Part shown: positions 16,424-26,093 of the stretch, in pieces
Numbering within the stretch: the stretch's first letter is position 1
Layout of the letters: the number at the start of each line of letters is the position of its first letter
Virus record (IMG/VR): IMGVR_UViG_3300010400_000004
Span: 10,534-74,533 of that record
Length of the DNA stretch: 64,000 nt
Reading direction: 5' to 3' (one strand)
Origin: a virus
Made by a program: the position numbers and the translations under genes
The notes under the pieces: model-generated
Told to the model about the DNA's origin: nothing
Database searches by the model: none
The model's input: the letters and a program-made list of their open reading frames with translations, nothing else

Positions 16424-18489
16424 AATCGCGATTTGTTTTCTCCGGTCTCAACGAAGCATTTAATCATGCCGTCCTTTTGTAACACTTCAAGAAACCGGTT
16501 GATTTGTTCGAGTTTGTAACCTCTGAGCAAAAAATCATTCATCGGATTGCTGTTCAACAATCGGGCGAGTTGTGTGAGAGTGCCGCGCCACTCCGTTGCC
16601 TCCGGAGTCTGAGCGAAAAAGTCCTTGAGTTGTTCGAGTAAAATTTCCTTAATCGGAGCTGCCCTGCTGGTCTGGTGTGTTTGGTCAATCAAATGGGCGT
16701 CGTGATACGGCAAATACCCGTATCGACCGTCCCGCGCAATGTAATCGGGCGGAGTCCAGGCGAGGGCATAAGCACAGAGTTGCGGCAATTCCGTCTTGAG
16801 CCTCTTCTGCAATTCGTATCTCTCGGGAAAATCGATTTTATCGGTAGTGCATCGATACACACAGGTTTTCTCCGCCGAAGAGTTATCGAGTGATCCGAGT
16901 ATCCTCGAACTGGTAAAATCCATATTGGCGGTGATGCCAATTCTACCGGCCCACTCAACTGTTACAGGAACCCGGAATTTTTCGTTCACTCGGAATTCTT
17001 GATTCGCTGCCGCCTTTTTCAGCATAGCACTAAACCGGTCGTGAGCACTGAGAGAATTGCCCGGGGTCTCGTCGTCGATCGCCCACAACGGAACGTGATA
17101 GTTTTCTGAGCCAAAGTCGTCGCCCTGCACAATATATTTCGCGGCATCCACGAATCCTCCGACAGTTGCTCCGACAACATGCCGAAGCGCGAAGGTCTTG
17201 CCGCGATTCGCTACACCGAGGATGAAAATATTCTGTCCTGGACGGGGCAATAATTCGTATCCGGAGGTGTAAAAATGCTTATACCATGCAAGGAACCATT
17301 CGAATTGAATCGGCCCGAAAAGCTGTTTGAGGAAATCCAGCACCCACAAATTCTCCGAGTAGGTCTCACTCGGACGCATCACGTTGTTACGCCAAGTGTT
17401 CAGGACTTTCCGATGATTGTATTCGATTAAGCCCGGTGTGCGATACACGAACGGAGCTGCACCGACCACCCGGGCGTTTTCGTGAAGATGAAATAGCGTG
17501 TCTTCGATTTTCTTCTCAGGAATGCCGCAACCTTTCTTGAGATAGATTTTCATCGCTGATTCGTTCACCGATTGATAAATCCCATCTATTTTTCGCCAGT
17601 AAGCTTGCCCATCGTGGTAAATATCTAGCGTTGCTTTTGCGATTGCGCCTTCATTGATCTCTTTGACGAAATCTTTGCCGAGGATTTCCGACCAGGGATA
17701 GAAGGGTTTACTTGCGTGAGCACTGAAGGTAAGCATGCCTTCAGCTTTGATAATGGCAGAAAGCGGACTAACCGATTCGGCAATCCAAAAACTCGGCCCC
17801 TGTGTATCAAGATCAAATGCCGAGGGCCATGAAAAACCTGGGAACCTTTCTTTAATCGCCGCTTCCACCACTTCAAGAGGGATTTCGTTTCCTTCGGGGG
17901 CTTTGAATTTGAACTTTTTGATTGCTTCGACATAGAATGACTGTAGTTGAATTTCACTTACGGCATCGGGCGAACCAAGAACTTTACGCCAAGCCGCTCC
18001 GTTACAGTAAAGACGGGTTGGGTTTTCAAAAGCTGGCGAATCGAGACCCGGAAGTAGATCGAGAGAAAGCCACTTGCGAGCCATCTGAAGAATCCAGACA
18101 GCAAAGTCTGTGGTTTCAACCGCCATCGGACGAGACAATAACCAGACGAGACGGCAATTACCTCCCAAGGATCGTTCGATCCACTGAGGCTTGATGGACA
18201 TGGATGCCACGGCTTCGTCGATTCTATCATCGGGGATTCGGACATCGTAATCGGCCACGAAGGCGTGAATGAACTTGGCGGGGTTATCTTTACTGAGTCT
18301 TTGATTGCAGTTGGCGGGTTCGATGGATGTGTAGAAGTTCCATTTTGTGTTATGAGTTCTGTAAAAAATTTGTCTCTCATTTTTATCCTGTTTTACTTTT
18401 TCGGATGGCATCTGATCTGGTTTGTATTCCCAAGGAATACAGGGGACCAGAACCTTCTCAATTAAATTTCCACAGGCAAAGAACTTCAT
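16402..18489 (-). CDS. Primase-helicase (AEP/RepB-like N-terminus, P-loop helicase C-terminus)
   Basis: FVADYD...ERSLGGNCRLVW; Walker A GVANRGKT; Walker B WAIDDE; NEKF. Confidence 0.75.
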   Translation of the reverse strand: MKFFACGNLIEKVLVPCIPWEYKPDQMPSEKVKQDKNERQIFYRTHNTKWNFYTSIEPANCNQRLSKDNPAKFIHAFVADYDVRIPDDRIDEAVASMSIKPQWIERSLGGNCRLVWLLSRPMAVETTDFAVWILQMARKWLSLDLLPGLDSPAFENPTRLYCNGAAWRKVLGSPDAVSEIQLQSFYVEAIKKFKFKAPEGNEIPLEVVEAAIKERFPGFSWPSAFDLDTQGPSFWIAESVSPLSAIIKAEGMLTFSAHASKPFYPWSEILGKDFVKEINEGAIAKATLDIYHDGQAYWRKIDGIYQSVNESAMKIYLKKGCGIPEKKIEDTLFHLHENARVVGAAPFVYRTPGLIEYNHRKVLNTWRNNVMRPSETYSENLWVLDFLKQLFGPIQFEWFLAWYKHFYTSGYELLPRPGQNIFILGVANRGKTFALRHVVGATVGGFVDAAKYIVQGDDFGSENYHVPLWAIDDETPGNSLSAHDRFSAMLKKAAANQEFRVNEKFRVPVTVEWAGRIGITANMDFTSSRILGSLDNSSAEKTCVYRCTTDKIDFPERYELQKRLKTELPQLCAYALAWTPPDYIARDGRYGYLPYHDAHLIDQTHQTSRAAPIKEILLEQLKDFFAQTPEATEWRGTLTQLARLLNSNPMNDFLLRGYKLEQINRFLEVLQKDGMIKCFVETGENKSRLWIFPKQ

Positions 18490-18965
18490 CGAAAATTCGG
18501 GGCTGCAAATTTTCCAAAATATTTCTTGGCTGCACGGTCATACGCAATGGCAGCTTCTTTTTCATTATGAAAGTAACCTAAATGGAAATGCCGTCCACCC
18601 ATCCTAAGACCCGCCCTCCATTTACCGGCGAAACGATTCCAGCACACCCCCCGATATTTTGACGACTTCCTAGCTTGGGGTTTTTGAACAGACATGTGGT
18701 TTTGACTGTTAGTTGCTATTCGTATTTTTCTCCGTCGATTATCGAGACCGTTTCCGAATCTATGATCGACCTCAACTCCGGAGGGAGCGTTCAATACTTC
18801 CCGATGCATTAAGACTAGATTCGGTTTCTCTCCTTTAGGACGGTGCCGTGCAGCATAAAACTGCTGGCCCATTTTAGAAGCATACCATTTGTAACGATTC
18901 AACCGGTGAAAATCTCGATTATCCACCATCGCAAATTTTCCTTGCGTCAAAGGTATTAGTTTCAT
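18486..18965 (-). CDS. HNH-AP2 homing endonuclease
   Basis: LMHREV...VDHRFGNGLDNRR; SKYRGV...EAAIAYD. Confidence 0.9.
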   Translation of the reverse strand: MKLIPLTQGKFAMVDNRDFHRLNRYKWYASKMGQQFYAARHRPKGEKPNLVLMHREVLNAPSGVEVDHRFGNGLDNRRRKIRIATNSQNHMSVQKPQARKSSKYRGVCWNRFAGKWRAGLRMGGRHFHLGYFHNEKEAAIAYDRAAKKYFGKFAAPNFR

Positions 18966-18966
18966 G

Positions 18967-19161
18967 TCAGTTCTTCGCTATCGACGCCAGATGCCAAACA
19001 AAATCGTGCATCAGAATTAGTTCGCCATCGATCATTGCTTGCGCGTAATCTTTACCTTTTACGCGCACAAGATGCCATTTGTGTTTGTTTATCTGTTCAA
19101 ACAAATCGTCGTCCACGGTTGCTTGTTTTCCGTTACCATTTACTAATTCTATTTTTTTCAT
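18967..19161 (-). pseudogene. Truncated HNH endonuclease N-terminal fragment
   Basis: MKKIEL...ATVDDD...KW...YA...LMH parallels the neighbour's N-terminus but stops before the DH...N core. Confidence 0.55.
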
Positions 19162-19163
19162 AT

Positions 19164-21149
19164 CTACTTTAAATAATGCAGAACCTCTTTTGCCTCGGCT
19201 TTCACTGGCAACCCGGCGCACCATTCCGGACACTCCGACATGATGGTTTCAACATCGTGTTTGGTGATGTGTTGGTCCGCTTCGAGGATCGCTTCATCGT
19301 GGCTGGAAAATAAAATGTCAATTCCGGATGTGGCATGCAGGGTTAATAAGTGATCTGAAAATACGTCTCGCGCCATTCCTTGAGTAACGTTGGCTGTAAA
19401 AGCTCCCCCATAGTATTCAAAACGTCTGCCGCCGATTTCGCATGTAAACACTGTTGACAGTTTTGGTTTGCCGTCCTGGTCCGGTTTTATCCGTCTCTCA
19501 CATCGGACTTTTTCATACAATAGCGCACGTCCATTCGGGAGAACAACTCTAAAGTCTGAGCCGACGCTGCGTTTAAACATTGCGTCAAGTCTTGCCCAAA
19601 TGCCTTTTTCTTTGTCAGCAATCAAAGGATTTTTAGACCGATAATCAGCTACAATTTCTTTCGATTTTTTTCCATACCCACTGATACGAGTGCCATCCGG
19701 CAATTCGATCCATTCGGGGTCTTCGGCTGTTAAATCCGTGCCCGTATAGAGGGCACTCATCGCTATAAATTTTTCCCAGCCAGCCCCATAACCGAGTGCC
19801 AATTCTCTCGCCTTCGCTTCTGCATAAAGCAGCGGATTTTCTTCCTTCAAATCGCCCCCGGTCCACCCAAGGTTCGTTCGAGCGTGCGCTTCGTAAATAC
19901 TCATGCCGCCGCGAACCCAATCTAATTTTGCGGTATCTTTAGCAAGCCACGCAAGACACCTTGGCTCGATTTGCGACAAATCAGAAACAATCATCTTCTT
20001 TCCAGGGCGCGGTATTACGAGGTGTCTGAAATCAATCGGATACTTTACCCACTCCGGAAAATTTCCCTCTTTTTTCTTTTGTTCCAGTGCTGCTTTGATT
20101 AGTTTTTCATCGGTCTCCATTACTCCGAGTTGATTGCAAAGAATCGGTTCTTTTCGCATGTTTTGCATGTTTATCTTTGCATCTCCGCTCCACCTGCCGG
20201 TAATCGCACCGAAATACTTCAAACCAAAGGGCATCGTTCCGTCCGAGCGAATTCTTTCCTTCACCGTGAGAAAAGTTTTGTAAAGCTTGTTGATCGATCG
20301 CCAGCTACTCAAAGCACTGATCCAGGGATTAGCATCTCGATATGTATTTTCCCATTCTTCGTAAGCCTCTTCGCCCTCATGCGCTTTTACCGGAGGTGAC
20401 GGAATGCCGACTCTCCTACACTGCTCTGCAATACATTTTGTGGAAGTCGGGGCTGTATCGAAGTCCTCCCAAGTGTCCTCGTCGCTTCCGTCGTCTTCGA
20501 GCCAAGGCAACAGTTTTTCGGTCGCCAGCTTCATTGAATGACTCTGACAAATGTAGGTATCGAGCAGCTCAGTATTGATCTGCACTCCCCGCATGCCCTG
20601 GTCGATTGTCATGTTCGATAATCGCTTTTCTTTCTCGGGCCATTTCGCAGAGTGATCGACCCAAATTTTTCGACACCAAAAAGGATCGTTGCGCGAATAC
20701 TCCAGCATGATTTTTTGCTGTTCCGGCGTGAAGTCTGCGGGCCATTTTTTACCATCCGAGCTGTCGCGAGGGTCTTTGGACAACTTGATTTTGTAGAGGT
20801 ATTCGAGTGCCTGAGAGAGTGATCTTCGATTGCAGAGGTATGCGGTTAAGTTCGCACTACAGTGCCACTCCGCATAAGCAATTTTTGGTGCCCAGCCGCG
20901 AGTCACCATTTCATTGTAAACGGTATTGTCGAAATATCGATTATGACTGATAAGCGTTGCCCCTTCTAGGCACGACCAATTAAAGTCTCTCGGAGAACCG
21001 GCCCAGCAACTTGCGCCGTCTGAGACAGAAATTAAATACGGATCAAAGAGGGAATGCTTGCAGTATTGCTCTGCAATCATCTGCTTCAAGCCGTATTTCA
21101 GGCGTTTTGAGAAGTAGGTCTCAAAATCGACCCCGAGGATTTGTCCCAT
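19164..21149 (-). CDS. polA: DNA polymerase family A with 3'-5' exonuclease
   Basis: VDFET (exo I); TGRWS; DLSQIE (motif A); KARELALGYG (motif B); SHDE (motif C). Confidence 0.95.
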   Translation of the reverse strand: MGQILGVDFETYFSKRLKYGLKQMIAEQYCKHSLFDPYLISVSDGASCWAGSPRDFNWSCLEGATLISHNRYFDNTVYNEMVTRGWAPKIAYAEWHCSANLTAYLCNRRSLSQALEYLYKIKLSKDPRDSSDGKKWPADFTPEQQKIMLEYSRNDPFWCRKIWVDHSAKWPEKEKRLSNMTIDQGMRGVQINTELLDTYICQSHSMKLATEKLLPWLEDDGSDEDTWEDFDTAPTSTKCIAEQCRRVGIPSPPVKAHEGEEAYEEWENTYRDANPWISALSSWRSINKLYKTFLTVKERIRSDGTMPFGLKYFGAITGRWSGDAKINMQNMRKEPILCNQLGVMETDEKLIKAALEQKKKEGNFPEWVKYPIDFRHLVIPRPGKKMIVSDLSQIEPRCLAWLAKDTAKLDWVRGGMSIYEAHARTNLGWTGGDLKEENPLLYAEAKARELALGYGAGWEKFIAMSALYTGTDLTAEDPEWIELPDGTRISGYGKKSKEIVADYRSKNPLIADKEKGIWARLDAMFKRSVGSDFRVVLPNGRALLYEKVRCERRIKPDQDGKPKLSTVFTCEIGGRRFEYYGGAFTANVTQGMARDVFSDHLLTLHATSGIDILFSSHDEAILEADQHITKHDVETIMSECPEWCAGLPVKAEAKEVLHYLK

Positions 21150-21260
21150 AAAATTTGTGGGCGGTCTCTCCCGCCAGTCACGGTGTCCGGTATGGCGCAA
21201 TTCTTTGCCGTTAGTATTTTCCGGCTCACGCTCTGGCTGTCACCGTTTAACCGTTAAGTT

Positions 21261-21470
21261 CTAAGACGCTCCGCCGTTCCATTTAAGCGGATCGAGCCGA
21301 CTTTCTAAGTTTGCCACTTCTTCCTTCAGGTTCACAACTTGTTTTTTCAGTTGTTCAACCTGGGTGTCAACGATGAGTAATTCCTTGTCGAGCCGTTCGA
21401 TATTGAAACATACCGGGCAGCGGTCCGACTCGAAAAGCACCGGATCATGGCCAGCGTGACAGGTCTTCAT
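21261..21470 (-). CDS. Hypothetical Zn-finger/coiled-coil protein
   Basis: CHAGH...CPVC followed by heptads. Confidence 0.5.
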   Translation of the reverse strand: MKTCHAGHDPVLFESDRCPVCFNIERLDKELLIVDTQVEQLKKQVVNLKEEVANLESRLDPLKWNGGAS

Positions 21471-21775
21471 TCGGGCACCTCTTCCACAAGTTTGACGATG
21501 GAGGCTTCTCGATTCGGATAGGCCCGATTTTTAAAATCAAGGGCATCTTCCCGAAGGACAAAAAATTGACTTAATAGCCCGTATTCCGAAATATCCAGGG
21601 CGTATCGAACCCGAGGTTCCGGCTTGATTCGATATTCACAGCGCGGATTTTCGAATCCGAGGTTTTCTCCGTTCAACCAAATATCATTAGATTCTGGAAA
21701 CCGATATTGAACAGGTTTTCCTTCAGCATAAGCCGTGATAAACGGCAACATTTTCTTTGCGTGTTCTCGTGTCAT
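21467..21775 (-). CDS. Hypothetical phage protein
   Basis: AYAEGKPVQ...EYRIKP motif common in small phage ORFs. Confidence 0.6.
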   Translation of the reverse strand: MTREHAKKMLPFITAYAEGKPVQYRFPESNDIWLNGENLGFENPRCEYRIKPEPRVRYALDISEYGLLSQFFVLREDALDFKNRAYPNREASIVKLVEEVPE

Positions 21776-22125
21776 TGGTTTAGTAGTTGTTCGGAAGTTT
21801 CGAGGACGGTTCGAAAAAATTCGAGATAATCTTTACGGCATACCACGTTTACTTGTAGCAGTGCCCGGGCTGCGGTGTCTCGCATCTCTTTGATCTGAGC
21901 ATGAGATTTGCCCAAGTCGATTGGCTTTGCTGATGATCCACTTATCGATGTTTCATCGAGTCGTTTATTCGGTCCGAGATTGCTACATGCCGTCCGGATC
22001 GTCGCTGAGACACTGGCGTCGAGCGCAGTAAGAAAACCCGGGCCGGATTGGTTGCCAAGACCCTTGACTAATTTTTTCACCGCCGAGGTGACGATGAATT
22101 CCGGTTTTGATGTTTCTTCACTCAT
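21772..22125 (-). CDS. Putative prokaryotic histone-fold protein with C-terminal helical extension
   Basis: FIVTSAVKKLVKG...SGPGFLTALDASVSATIRTAC...NKRL resembles the pattern of minimal prokaryotic histones. Confidence 0.5.
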   Translation of the reverse strand: MSEETSKPEFIVTSAVKKLVKGLGNQSGPGFLTALDASVSATIRTACSNLGPNKRLDETSISGSSAKPIDLGKSHAQIKEMRDTAARALLQVNVVCRKDYLEFFRTVLETSEQLLNQ

Positions 22126-22744
22126 TGTCGTCGCCTTCCTCTTTCGTTCCAGCCGGTTCGAGCTTCTGCAAGCAGCTCGGACAATCCGGGGCACCGATGT
22201 CGAGCCACTTTTGCGTTATCCGGATCGTGTAGCCGCAACCTCCGCATTCGCATTTCAGAAGTCGCGTCGATTGTTTCTTGCCGGGTGCCTTGAGACCGTT
22301 GAGTGGCGAGTGCGGATATTCGCCAAGCACCGCCGTCCATGTCGAAAACTCCGAAATCAGTTTTTCGCCCGCGTTGGTGGAGGTAAGTTTTCCTTCCAGA
22401 CCGACCGCCCGAGCGCACTTTCCGAAAACTTTATTGTGACCTTCCTTGTGTCCGACTACAGCGTGGACAACCTCGTGAACGAGCGTTGCGAGGACTCCCG
22501 TGTCCGAGTCGATTTCCTCAATCGCGGGACTGATGAAAATCTGCGCGGCCTTTTTGTCGGCACTTGATGTTTTCGACCAGCATTCACCGAGGACTCGTTT
22601 CTTGTTCGCCAAACCGCCGCGCACTGGCCAGCCGCACGCAACTCTCACCTGGGGCACTTCGTATCCTGAGGCTTTGAAAAGGCTCGTCATCGCGCCGACT
22701 GCCGCCTGGAGCCATTCTTCCCGAGTTTTGTATTGTTTGCTCAT
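22118..22744 (-). CDS. SprT-like Zn metallopeptidase with Zn ribbon
   Basis: LVHEVVH...GH; C-terminal CECGGC...CPSC. Confidence 0.8.
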   Translation of the reverse strand: MSKQYKTREEWLQAAVGAMTSLFKASGYEVPQVRVACGWPVRGGLANKKRVLGECWSKTSSADKKAAQIFISPAIEEIDSDTGVLATLVHEVVHAVVGHKEGHNKVFGKCARAVGLEGKLTSTNAGEKLISEFSTWTAVLGEYPHSPLNGLKAPGKKQSTRLLKCECGGCGYTIRITQKWLDIGAPDCPSCLQKLEPAGTKEEGDDNE

Positions 22745-22948
22745 ATTTTTTGTGGAACGTAATTCGCTAGTTCGTATTGAATTTCCGGCCATTGTTTTCG
22801 GCAGTCATCGAGGAAAGTCTCTGCTGCTTCGACAGACTGCCCGATATTACAATACCACACCTCGCCATTTTCCTTGCGCGTGCATCGAATCCAGTAGCAT
22901 TGACTGGCTGGCAGAATTTGATCCGCCTTCATCGGTTCCCGGTTCATG

Positions 22949-23248
22949 TTACTTGCTCCCGTGTTCAAGTCCGCGAAAATAGGCTCGCACGGTGGGATAC
23001 CGGCCAGCCTGCAAAAACGACTTCGCGATGTCCACCGACAATTCAGCGATAGCGCGGAGGTTGGCCTTGTAAAGTTTCGAAACCCAATAGCTTTGGTCTG
23101 CGATTGCGCGAACCTGATCGTAAGCAATCACGCTTAGTTTCGCGGGATTCTGCTGTTCAGCGATTTTCTTTTCGGCAAACTGCAACCAGTCAATTGCCAC
23201 CATCGAAGCCACCGCTTCCGCGTATTTTGAATTGTGTTTTTGTTTCAT
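22949..23248 (-). CDS. Hypothetical protein
   Basis: ATG after an A-rich leader. Confidence 0.45.
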   Translation of the reverse strand: MKQKHNSKYAEAVASMVAIDWLQFAEKKIAEQQNPAKLSVIAYDQVRAIADQSYWVSKLYKANLRAIAELSVDIAKSFLQAGRYPTVRAYFRGLEHGSK

Positions 23249-23294
23249 ATTTTTTTTTGTTGGTCGTTTATTCGACTTCACTACTTATCGCACC

Positions 23295-25127
23295 TTATCC
23301 AACGAATGTCAAATGTTTCTTTGCCCGGGTCAGCGCCACGTAGTAAATATTCGCTTCCTCGTCTGACCGCCCAGGCTTGAAAGTCGCCTGGAGAAGAAAT
23401 ACTCGACTCCACTCTAAACCCTTGGCCTTGTGGACACTAGAGAGAACCACAGCGGGTTTCGCGGTCTTGCTGTCGGAGTCTTGGAAAAGGCTGTAAATTC
23501 TTGACTCGATGTCACTTACACTCGAAGCGTCTTGCGCCACTGCCGCGAGGGTTTCAACAGTATCGTTGACCTGGGCGATCTTCGCTTCCGCATTCTTGCC
23601 GACTGCCATCCGTTTGCGTTGCTTTGTCGCCCAAGAGTCGAGCTTACGGAAAAAGTCTGGAACCGATTTCGCCCTGAGTTTCCTCACCGTGTTAACTAGT
23701 TGGGCACCAATGTCCCGGCCTTCAATTCTGGCGGAAACGCCGCGTTTCAGCAAATTCAAGCAGGTGGACATTAAAGGCGCGTTTAAACGGCTGAGGATCG
23801 CGTCCCCGATAACCGCGTGTTCGACGGCGGAGACAACCTCGTCAACGATACCCTCCGGAGCACTCGGGGCAGCGTTGTAATCGGGCACGATTTCAGCCGC
23901 CAGAGCCACTACAGCCTTCGGGCAACGGTAAGTGGTGGTAAGAGACAACTTCGTTGCCGAAAGCCTCTCCTGCATCATCCTCATTCCATCCTGAGCCGCT
24001 CCACGAAACGCATAGATCGCTTGGCGGTCGTCGCCCACTACGCAAATCCGGCCTCCAGGCAAGCACGCCCGAATCGCCATTTCGAGCTGAGGGACATTCA
24101 TGTCCTGGCATTCGTCAACCACGACCAGCGGGAACCTGGGGAAAACCCAATTCATCGCGACTGGCAACCAGACCATATCGTTGAAGCTAATTCGGCCTTC
24201 AACATCTCGCTCTTTGGCCAGTTCCAGGGCGGTGAATGCGACCGAGGCGAGGCGAGCCACTGTCCAGCCGCCGTCTTCAGGGGCTTCACTGGCGGAGAAA
24301 ATACCCTTGTCGTTCGCCAAGTCGATCAGAAGATCAATTGTGGGCGAAATCAGGGTATTCTTGGCGAAAGCCACAAGACGTTCAACGCAACCGGAGACTT
24401 CCTCCGGAATTCCAGGGCAGGCGGCTTCGATCCGGGCCGATTCAACCGATGAGTCGGGCTTTACACCCGGCCAAACGGTTTGAATGTAAGAAAACCCAAG
24501 AGAGTGTTCGGTCCGGATTTCAACTCGCTTGTCCTTGATTTTGCGCTCCGCTTCGATCTGGTTTTTCTTGTTGAAAACGAGATACAAGGCGGAGGACTCC
24601 AGGGCATGCTTGAAAGCTTCTTCGATGGTGGTCGTTTTGCCAGTCCCGGCACGAGCACCGACAACCGCATTGCCAGTGCCCGACGCAAACCAAGCGAAAA
24701 TCGCCTTCTGCTCATCGGACCAAATTCGGGAGGGAGTAGAGGGAATCGAACCCTCTACGCCTGCGCTCAAACTATCAGTGCCAGTCGAGGCACCCGAGAC
24801 GCTTGACGACTGCACAGGCACGGAACCATCCACTCCCACTGAACCGACAACCGATACGTTGGAGTTGTTTGTCTCCTGTGCGATAGAGTGAGTAGTCGCA
24901 CTCGTATCGGTTGTCGAGCCAGTAGTATCTAACGGTTTCTCCCATAGCAGCACCGACCAGTCGCCGGTTTGCTTGTCCTTGTCGCAACTAACGCCCTCTG
25001 CTTTCAGAGCCGCTTTATTCGACCTCCAGGCAACCCAAAAAGCCGGTGTAGGATTCGCCTTGCGGAGATTGCCAACCCTCGTGAGTTTCGGCTCGCTCCA
25101 TTTCAGATTCAGTCCGTCGATCAACAT
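23295..25127 (-). CDS. UvrD/Rep-like SF1 helicase with extra N-terminal domain
   Basis: ARAGTGKT, VDECQD, VGDDRQAIY, TYRCP, HKAKGLEW, YVALTRAK. Confidence 0.92.
   Translation of the reverse strand: MLIDGLNLKWSEPKLTRVGNLRKANPTPAFWVAWRSNKAALKAEGVSCDKDKQTGDWSVLLWEKPLDTTGSTTDTSATTHSIAQETNNSNVSVVGSVGVDGSVPVQSSSVSGASTGTDSLSAGVEGSIPSTPSRIWSDEQKAIFAWFASGTGNAVVGARAGTGKTTTIEEAFKHALESSALYLVFNKKNQIEAERKIKDKRVEIRTEHSLGFSYIQTVWPGVKPDSSVESARIEAACPGIPEEVSGCVERLVAFAKNTLISPTIDLLIDLANDKGIFSASEAPEDGGWTVARLASVAFTALELAKERDVEGRISFNDMVWLPVAMNWVFPRFPLVVVDECQDMNVPQLEMAIRACLPGGRICVVGDDRQAIYAFRGAAQDGMRMMQERLSATKLSLTTTYRCPKAVVALAAEIVPDYNAAPSAPEGIVDEVVSAVEHAVIGDAILSRLNAPLMSTCLNLLKRGVSARIEGRDIGAQLVNTVRKLRAKSVPDFFRKLDSWATKQRKRMAVGKNAEAKIAQVNDTVETLAAVAQDASSVSDIESRIYSLFQDSDSKTAKPAVVLSSVHKAKGLEWSRVFLLQATFKPGRSDEEANIYYVALTRAKKHLTFVG
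24731..24837 (-). ncRNA. tRNA-like (TLD-like) element embedded in frame in the helicase gene
   Basis: Acceptor stem GGGAGTG/TACTCCC; T-arm GAGGG-TTCGATT-CCCTC; long central helix GCCTGTGC/GCGCAGGC. Confidence 0.65.
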
Positions 25128-25133
25128 GGCGCT

Positions 25134-25161
25134 AATATACACGAGACTGAATCACGTTCAA
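25134..25161 (-). promoter_or_regulatory. Promoter TTGAAC-N16-TATATT before the helicase ATG
   Basis: Direct motif match; ATG follows 6 nt after the -10 box. Confidence 0.55.
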
Positions 25162-25235
25162 CAACTATTTTGAAAAAAGTTAGCCGATCGCATCCCGACC
25201 GGCTAACCACTTGAACCCGAGCAGCTTAAGACAAA

Positions 25236-26093
25236 TTAAGCAGATACCGGCTGCACGATATTCCGAATGAATTCCAGCACTTCCGGCGACGTAGGCCGAA
25301 GCGGTGTAGCGACAGGAACCGGTGCCGTAAAAGCGCCATCCGGCAACTTGAATTGCTTCGGCTTCGTCGTCAGTCCGAAGGCATGCGTGTAATATCCGCC
25401 GCGCAGCAATCCCATCAGCCGGTGATAGTTGAAAACGCCCTTGACAGCCTCAGTGTATGCCGATCCCTTGCAAGACCAGAATCCGATGGTGAATTGTTTG
25501 TCTCCGACAGGGAAACCGAAAACCGCTCCGCCGTCGTTGACATGCGCGGGCTTTTCGATTGCCACGAGAAGTTCAACGAGAGGCTCGAATCGACGCATGC
25601 CTTCGCCCTTCTTCAGATTCCACTCTTTGTAATCGAGTGTGCCGCCAGCGGCACGAACCTCTGCTTCGCTATCCACAATTTCACCGCCCATGCCACCCTT
25701 GATTTTCTCGGAAAAACGTTCGCTCACGATGCCGAGAACGTAAATCACGACTGGCGGCAGAGCCGCTTTCTTGATGACGCCTTGCGCTTGATCGATCTCG
25801 GGCGGAGTGTAGAGAATCGTTTCCTTGCCGAAAACAATTGCGCCAGCGGGAAAAGATTTTCCAAGTTCGCCAACTGAATACACGATATTCAATCGCGGGA
25901 GCGTAACGTCCTTGAACCCTGGCAGACGATCTCCGAGCCGGAACGCATTCGCGCCCTGAGTGGCCGGGACAGAGTGAGTGGTTGTGGTTTCGACTTTCAC
26001 GTCAGCGACGGGAGTGTTGACCACTTGCTTTGTTTCCTCTACCACCGGTGCCGGTGCAGAGCCGTTATCATTTCCGAATTTTACTTCAGGCAT
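25236..26093 (-). CDS. Putative ssDNA-binding/recombination protein
   Basis: 285-aa ORF near the DUF2800-like nuclease and PolA. Assigned from context only. Confidence 0.4.
   Translation of the reverse strand: MPEVKFGNDNGSAPAPVVEETKQVVNTPVADVKVETTTTHSVPATQGANAFRLGDRLPGFKDVTLPRLNIVYSVGELGKSFPAGAIVFGKETILYTPPEIDQAQGVIKKAALPPVVIYVLGIVSERFSEKIKGGMGGEIVDSEAEVRAAGGTLDYKEWNLKKGEGMRRFEPLVELLVAIEKPAHVNDGGAVFGFPVGDKQFTIGFWSCKGSAYTEAVKGVFNYHRLMGLLRGGYYTHAFGLTTKPKQFKLPDGAFTAPVPVATPLRPTSPEVLEFIRNIVQPVSA

Noticed and set aside
24731-24837. Bona fide tRNA-Sec or tmRNA gene
   Set aside because: No TCA anticodon arm, tag reading frame, G3:U70 or CCA. Kept only as a tRNA-like element.
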